Shown one piece after another: positions 56,796 to 64,000 of a stretch of 64,000 nucleotides of DNA. Position 1 is the stretch's first letter, and every line of letters begins with the position of its first letter. The DNA comes from Eledone cirrhosa. Its lineage: Eukaryota. The notes under the pieces were generated by a model that searched no databases, had not been told where the DNA came from, and was given only the letters and a program-made list of their open reading frames with translations. The DNA lies in NCBI GenBank assembly GCA_964016885.1, contig OZ024740.1, positions 290,222,001-290,286,000 on the forward strand, in the 5' to 3' direction. The position numbers and the translations under genes are program-made.

Positions 56796-58144
56796 CCGAT
56801 AATTTTTCGATCTCAATGTAAAGACACAACCAGCAAAATAAATCAGATCTTCCCAGTGGTGTAATCCTTAAAATTGTTTAAGAATCAGTCCTTATGAAAG
56901 AAAATTCGACAAGCTGTAGGAATGTGGTAGTGCAGAGCACAAATATAATAAAACGAAAAATAAAAATAATAATCCTCTCATGGTTTTCTGCGAAAATAAA
57001 TAAAAGAGAAAAAGAAATTCGCTCAAGATTCATTAAAAAGATATATAATTAATATTTTTATATATTATAACCTGATCTTTGACTCAAGTATTTAATGAAT
57101 ATGTTTGAATTATATGGAAAAGAAAAACCCATCTAAAAATGATCCTCATAGGAAGCAATGCTGCGATAATTATAGATCGTTAACAACAATCATACGATAG
57201 TGATGAACTACACATGGTTATTAAACTGTGAAAAGAGACGTTATATTTTAAATGACTATAGCGCTTGATATCAAACATGAGAGTGAAAATGAAAAGGAAA
57301 AAAAAAGTAGAAATAAGAAAATTAAGAGTTAGGATCGAGCTTTTTGTACATAACTTTAAAAATAAAATAATCTAACAAATAAAAATTTAAGTGTGATATT
57401 AGAAATCATAATATGGTACGGGACTGTATCCTGAATATATATTTTTTTTATCCCATTAGTAAAATAAGTTGGATTACTTTGAATAAATAATTGTTTCTAC
57501 TTTTGGCACAAGGCCAGAAATTATCCCAGTGCATTACTGGTACTTTGAATAGATAATGAATGAATGTTACATAATTTATGTACTAAATTTCGTAGCTGTT
57601 GATTAAACATAAATATTCTTATATATAATGATTGCTTATTTTAAGATTCACTTCTTTTAAAATTTTCAAATGTCAATACTTCCGGTTATAATATAAGGAA
57701 CGCTATATCATACCGCTTATATAAACGCTCATATATTTTCATCGTTATATCATAACGTTTATATTTCTGTCGCAATTCTCTCCTTTTTTGTTTTCATTAC
57801 ATATCACCGTAACGCAGTTTATCGTCTTTTTTAAATGTATCATGGATTAGCTTATTGATTACAGAAGAGAGTGTAACACAGTCTCTTTTCAATTCCTGTA
57901 CATATTGTCAATTACGATTTTACTTGACGTATCATACCTCCATATTCAATATATTTATCGTCACGGAAAGAAAAGGTATGTTTGGTTTTGCCTTTTAAGG
58001 GCAAATCACAATAATAGTATATATATTTGCGTATAATATCAATATGAACACTACACATGATTGCAGAAAACAACCCGAAGGGTGGTTTTTCTGCTAGTTA
58101 TATTAAAGATTATAAGACTAAAATATGATTATATTTAACAAAAC

Positions 58145-58670
58145 TCAGGCTTGGGTAAATATCCCCACAGTTCTGGAGCTGGCTGGTTTATCCAGAAGTC
58201 ATGGGAAGAGACCAGACAGTCTTACCCTCCGTCCCTCAATAAGAAGTTCGTGTCTCATCTGGGACGTCACAGTCAGGGAGTCTTTTGTTTCCTTCCACAT
58301 CATGGACGCCGCGGTAAATGTGGTTGCTGAACGGAATAAAATTCGGAAATACCTGGATTTATTTAATAATTAATTTTTCCAGCCTGTGACATTCGAGACG
58401 TTTAGTGGAGTTGGGCCGCTGACAGCGAAGTCCTTGTCATCACTGGTGGCTCATCTTACTGAGGTGTCCGGCGATGCCCGTGAGAGTGCCTGGTTATTTC
58501 AGCGCCTTAGCCTCGCCATCACCCGTAAAGCTGCGAGTGTGATGGCTTGCCTCAAAGTGTTTAGTTAACCCCTAAGTTATGAGGTGCAGCCGATTGTTGC
58601 ATTTTGTGGTGAAATGCCTCCTCTCCTTTTTCCTTTATCATTATTGTTCAATTTTAACTGTATAATAAAA
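58145..58670 (+). pseudogene. CRE-like RLE 3' remnant
   Basis: LELAGLSRSHGKRPDSLTL...LIWDVTV...KIRKY / FETFSGVGP...WLFQRLSLAI. AATAAA near 58664. Confidence 0.75.
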
Positions 58671-58849
58671 GTTATAAGCCATTAAAATAAGATACTTGTA
58701 AACACAACTAGTGCTTACAAAGAGCTGCGAATCCAGTCCAAGTCCTGTCATAGCTTGATTCATGTGGATTGGTATTTATCCTCTTGCACCAATACTAATA
58801 GATACGAAACTGAACGTGTATTTACTGGGGGAGGTTTTCAGTAAAAATA

Positions 58850-59135
58850 ACTTTATTAATATTTAAAAACGGAAAAGGAAGGGGAAGGCAGGACTCTAGG
58901 GTCACAGAAGAATGGGAAGGGGAAGGGTGATGGTTTCTGTGCCTAGGGCGCAGCAAAAGCATTTCCGTGCACAATGACCAGCAACACCCGCTGCAATAGC
59001 CAACTCACCTCGCGGGGCTCCTTCCTCAGGCGGGCTGTCGACGTTCCGATCTTGCAGAGGAGCTCGGCAGTGCAGGGTATGCTTGAGGTCTCGACGGCAA
59101 CTGCTGCGAAGAGGGAGCGGCCGGACATTTTGGCT
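58850..59135 (-). pseudogene. CRE-like RLE 3' remnant, tail-to-tail with the previous one
   Basis: FAAVAVETS...EPREVSWLLQRVLLVIVHGNAFA. Confidence 0.65.
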
Positions 59136-59322
59136 AATGAATTTGAAAATTCCCCGATTTGTCTATGGATTTATCTATCAAATTGGGATGTTAAGAACTT
59201 GTCGGCAGTCTATGGCACTGGTTTTTTCCGCTCTATGTTCTGCGTTTTCGTCAAGTATATAAATGCTTATATATGTTTATATTACATATACGCATGCATA
59301 CAAACATACATAAATACATATA

Positions 59323-59850
59323 TGATGGTTGCCCCCTCGTTATCGAGTATGGCCATTGCACGATATACCATTATTAATAATTATTAATTAATTCTATCGT
59401 TCAATGCCTGTGCGTGAAGATATTTTTTAAAGTGAGGAAAAACTGTGCACTGAGCCAATCCCACTCTCTGAGCGACAGTAGCTATAACCCGAAAAGAAGA
59501 AAAGATCAACATCATCGGTAACTACTGAGCCGCAGGTTTTATATCGGAGTTATCCCAGTTTCCTGAGTTGCCTTCTCCTAGAAGAATGCCTGCCCTGACA
59601 AAGGCTAGGTGTCCTTCACTCCCAGTGGTTTAACCGCGCAGTACATGTGTATATCCATATTTACACACTTTCGAATGGCCGTTGACTCTTATGAGCTCTT
59701 CCGCCCTTTGTCAGCTTTTGTTTTTTTGTCCTGCAGGGTGTGTCCAAACCGGCAACCCCACCAAGTTTACATGCATACAAACATACGACCCGACCATGCG
59801 ACAGATTGTACTGGGTTACATGTTACCAGTAGCACTCAAGAGTGCCCCGA
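59323..59850 (-). mobile_element. Non-autonomous RTE-related element in (CATA)n
   Basis: Head 59650-59850 is homologous to the LINE 5' end 63075-63280. Body 59323-59620 is homologous to 63412-63702. Confidence 0.7.
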
Positions 59851-60007
59851 CATACATATATACATACATACATACATACACACATACATACACACACAAA
59901 TACATATATACATAAATACATACATATACATACATACATACATACATACATACATACATACATACATACATACATACATACTGCATAATCATAGATACAT
60001 ATATACA

Positions 60008-63000
60008 TATCATCATCATCCGGTGGCCTCAGCCGAAATCGACTCAACAATTGATCTCCACGTGGGTATGTCGTTCATTGCTGTTGCCAGACTCTCTGGA
60101 GATGACAGCGGGATAGGAGAGCTTGCGCCTCCTGTTATTAGTGACTGCTTGTGTTTTTCAGAGCATTAGTGGAGACACAGCCTCATAGATGGCACGATTG
60201 CTGTGGCCAGCAAATCTTACTCTCCTCCTTTTAGGTATAACGACAGATATGCATGGGAGGCTGGCATATATTTCTTTTAAAGTCAGTTGTCACCAGCTTA
60301 TGTTCTGAATGCGTCAATGTAAGCGAGTGTAGGTGCCATCAATGCACTTTTGTTATTTGGATGAAAGCGTCCATGTTTCATTTCCATATAGTAAGATTGG
60401 TTGAATTGTTATTTGGAAGAGTCTGATTTTGGTGTGGTTGGAAAGATTTGAGCAGCAAACTCGATCCATCTTGTCGCAGGCTGACCTTGTTTGGGCTTTT
60501 ATGGTGGCAAAATCCTTCCCAGAGTCCAGGACCCGAGATACTTAAAATCCTCGACTTGCTTGATATCCCTGCCGTTGATTGCTTTGATGTTGTTGCCTGT
60601 ACAGTTTGATACCTGTGTTTTACCCTCGTTGAGATGGAGACCAACAAGGGCGGCTGCTTCCGGGAGAGATGTCAAAAGTTCTCCTGCTGAGATGTCAAAG
60701 AATCCTTTGGGCCGTCAGGGGTGATGATAGTGGCACTTGTGTTGAGATACAGAGCCTTAGTTGCTTCCACAAATCTTGTTGGGATGCCATACAAGGGTAG
60801 AATTTCAAACAGAATGTCTTTGTTTATGCTGTCAACAACAAAAACTATCTTTTGGAGTTCCTCATCTCTTCCACTACTCTTCTCAAGACCCAAATCTGTG
60901 TAAGTGTAGATCTACCACCCCTAAAACCGTTTTGGTTGATGAGAAGGATTGGATCTACATACGGAACTATACGGTTGCAGATTAGCTTGTTGTAGATCTT
61001 GGCAGCCATGGGAATAAGTGATATTCCTCGGTAGTTTTGTAGGGTTGCGAGGTCACCTTTTTGGGGGACAGGAACTATGCTTGCTTTCAGCCAACTTGTT
61101 GGAGGATTTTTGTTGCTTAAGGTGTCATTCCAGATTGATAATAGCACTGAAGTAAGGTTTGGGTCATTCCAAATTATACTAGGCATGTTGTTGAAACGGT
61201 GATTTTTTTTTGTTTTCAAGTGTTTTGATCACCTGGTTGATCTCACTCAAGGCGAAAATCCAGCGGTGATATCGAGTTCAGGTGATACCACAGACTATGG
61301 GAGATAACCTTCTACAGGGGATGGTTCGCCTATTAGACCCTTGAAGTGGTCAGGCCAGCTCTTTTTTCCCTAGCTTTTTAAGAGCCTCCTTTGATGATAG
61401 GTGAAGGCTTCTCTTTTCTGCTATTTATTTCCAAATTATTTCGCTGACTAGATTCCATGCAGCTGCGTGCTGTTTATTTATATGAAGGGTCTTAAGTTTG
61501 TTTAATTTTCCTTCTACATACTCTGCAAGAGCAGTTGTGTATGCCTCGTCAAGGTCTTTTTTGCATTGCTCATTTTGCTTTTCAGTAAACTAGTTGGATT
61601 TGAGTTGTACTGAGAAGAATAACTTTGCAATTTTTCGCGCGCTAAGGATACTAAGATATGTGAGCTCAATTTCGCGAGCTTCCTTTTGGTGTTTTTGGAA
61701 AAGCTGGAAAGAGTAACTTCCTCATTTGAAACAATTAGGTTGGAGTATTTAGTTTCAATGCAATCATAGTTCAGAGCACCTATTGTAGACACTAATTGCA
61801 TACCGGCTGGAGAGCTCTTTATTTGTTGGCACTAACTTCCAGTCAATTTGTTTCATAGGATCAGCGGGGAATTTCTTAGGAGCTCGAAGGCTAAGAGTAA
61901 CTTTAGAAGAGACAATCCTGTGATCAGATCCCACGTGGAAGAAGGAGGAATCTGTTTCAGAGTTGCGTACACTGTTTCGCCATTTTTTTTTCCGAAATAG
62001 GATATAATCCAATTGAGCTCTGCGATTGTTTTTTCATGAAGCTATTTGTATACGAGAAGAGTTCAAATTCGTCAAGGAGTTGGAGAATCATTTCACGATT
62101 CCGGTTTGTTTCAGTGTCAAAGGGGAATTGTACATCGTCAGGGCCTAGTTTAGTATTGAAGTCGCCTAGAATAGTAAGGAAATTATGGGCAGGGACGTTT
62201 TCAATGACTGATAGAAACCGGCGGCAGTTTCTTCATCACTGCTATTAGTTTGGCTATAGCAAAATATAAATGTGAGTTTTGGATTTGAATTGAACTCGGC
62301 AACCATTATTCCATCGTCTATATTTTCGATGTTGATGATGTTCTCGCGTGTCTTTGATGAGAGAAGCTTATCGACTCTACGAATGGTGGCGTTATTGAAG
62401 ATTTTGTATGCAGAAGCAGTGACAAGCTGGAAATTGTCAGATTTTGCAAACTTTAAGTCGAGATCTGGATGGAAATATCTATGCTCTTGAAGACTGATGA
62501 TGTCAATAGCGTTGGATTTAGCGCTCGTTACTAGCTCATGAAGTATATCAAGAAGTCAAGTGTATTGACATTGAATGTGCTAAAGTTGGTGGGGTGTTTA
62601 CACTTTAGGAGATGTTTTCATCTGCCTTCTGCTCTATTGAGAACAGTCTGCTTAGATGAGTCCAGTTTGAAGACTGATTCGTCATTAGTCTCAGAGGGTG
62701 AGGTGTGAATTTCAGGAAAATCAGCTAAGGCAGGGGCTTGAACCCTGGGGCAAATCAATAAATAGTCCATTTTTTCGATAGCTGGAAACAAGAGCGCGTC
62801 GCCAGGACTGCACAGGCCATTTTAAAGTTATTTAGCCCATAGGTGGAGGCATTGTTGATAGGACTTCCAAGCACCCTCTAGCTGGTTTTTCCATGTTTCT
62901 GGGAGGCTTTCCTTCCTGGTATTTTTCATTGAGACTCAATCTCCAGGCTCGTGGCTTGGGGGCGCCTGCATGATCTAACTTTATTTAGGCTCAAAAATGA

Positions 63001-63280
63001 TGTTTGAGCCTTCACATATATGCACACACAGACAGGCATGCAATCAGTCACCCCCACCCCACCCCACACAGAATATACATATTTACATATGGCCGTTGAC
63101 TCTTATGAGTTCTTTCGCCCTTGGTCAAGTTTTGTTTTACATCCCGCATGGTGTCCAAAATTACCCTCCTCATCAAGCAAGCTTGGTGGGGGTTGCCAGT
63201 TTAGTCGCCGTCGACCGGACCGTGAGACAGTTTGTACTGGGTTACATGCTACTAGTAACACTCAAGAGTGACCTGACCCC
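60008..63280 (-). mobile_element. Decayed RTE-clade LINE (5' UTR, APE, RT, (GAT)n tail)
   Basis: APE motifs (LDYIL...SDHRIV) and RT motifs (IVPVPQKGDL...NYRGISL...QNGFRGGRST). CATCATCATC at 60011. Many stops and deletions. Confidence 0.85.
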
Positions 63281-63411
63281 ATATATATACATACATGCAT
63301 ACATAGATACATAGATACATACACGCATACATATATGAATACATAGATACACACAGCTATACATACATGCATAGGTATACAGATATATAGATACATGCAT
63401 ACATACATACA

Positions 63412-63702
63412 TGATGGCTGCCCCCTCGTTATCGAGTATGGACATTGCACGATATAACATTATTAATAATTATCAATTGATACTATCGTGTAATGCCTGT
63501 GCGTGAAGATTTTTTAAAGTGAGGAAAGACTGTGCACTGAGTCAATCCCACTCTCTGAGCGACAGTAGCTATAACCCGAAAAGAAGAAAAGATCAACATC
63601 ATCGGTAACTACTGAGCCGCAGGTTTTATGTCGGAGTTATCGCAGTTTCCTGAGTTGCATTCTCCCAGAAGAATGCCCTGACAAAGGCTAGGAGTCCTTC
63701 AC
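63412..63702 (-). mobile_element. Second copy (3' part) of the RTE-related non-autonomous element
   Basis: High similarity to 59323-59620. CATA-type repeats on both sides. Confidence 0.8.
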
Positions 63703-63721
63703 ATACATATATACATATATA

Positions 63722-64000
63722 CATCATCTTGCATCTCCTTTAACTAATCTGCAGAGGAACTCACTGGACGCTGGTTATACACCTGAAAATTCTCTGTCCC
63801 TGTCCGTCTTGCCAGCTTTCAAAAAGGGAAGCATATTTCTTGGCGTGTATTACTGTCCGATCTCACTCACCTCACATATTGAGATATTTAAGAGGGTGAT
63901 GGGCTCACCAATATCTCACTTCCTCGATGACAGGGATTGCCTAATACAGCTTCTGCATCACTTTGATGACATCCTATGACTCTGATGTTATATTCCTTGA
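63722..64000 (+). pseudogene. Degraded CR1/L2/Jockey-group RT fragment
   Basis: LASPLTNLQRNSLDAGYTP...VLPAFKKG...YCPISLTSHI. Confidence 0.6.

Overview
Eukaryotic, repeat-saturated window with no supportable host protein-coding gene. The microsatellite density and SINE types suggest a mollusc, probably a cephalopod such as Octopus (inference). Most ORFs in the track are artefacts of (TA)n, (CA)n, (GA)n, (CAC)n, (TAC)n and minisatellite arrays. The real content is retroelements: a Naiad/Neptune-type Penelope-like element (PLE; RT + GIY-YIG), many small PLE remnants inside (TA)n that carry hammerhead-ribozyme (HHR) motifs, a Tx1/L1-type LINE with four insertions in (TATC)n, an R4/Dong-type RLE LINE with two insertions in (CATA)n, a decayed RTE LINE with non-autonomous relatives, CRE-like and CR1-like fragments, about 20 copies of a tRNA-headed SINE, CORE-like SINEs, two hAT-type MITEs and several tandem arrays (24, 46, 60, 73 and 99 bp units). 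The most notable signals are (i) roughly ten hand-folded HHR motifs, including a compensatory U3-A8 core variant and homologous copies with unrelated stem II sequences, (ii) fold-back mini-PLEs with a fixed terminus and a variable apex, and (iii) apparent partitioning of retroelement families among different microsatellite targets. All calls were made by eye. Coordinates are approximate to a few bases and family names need database confirmation.
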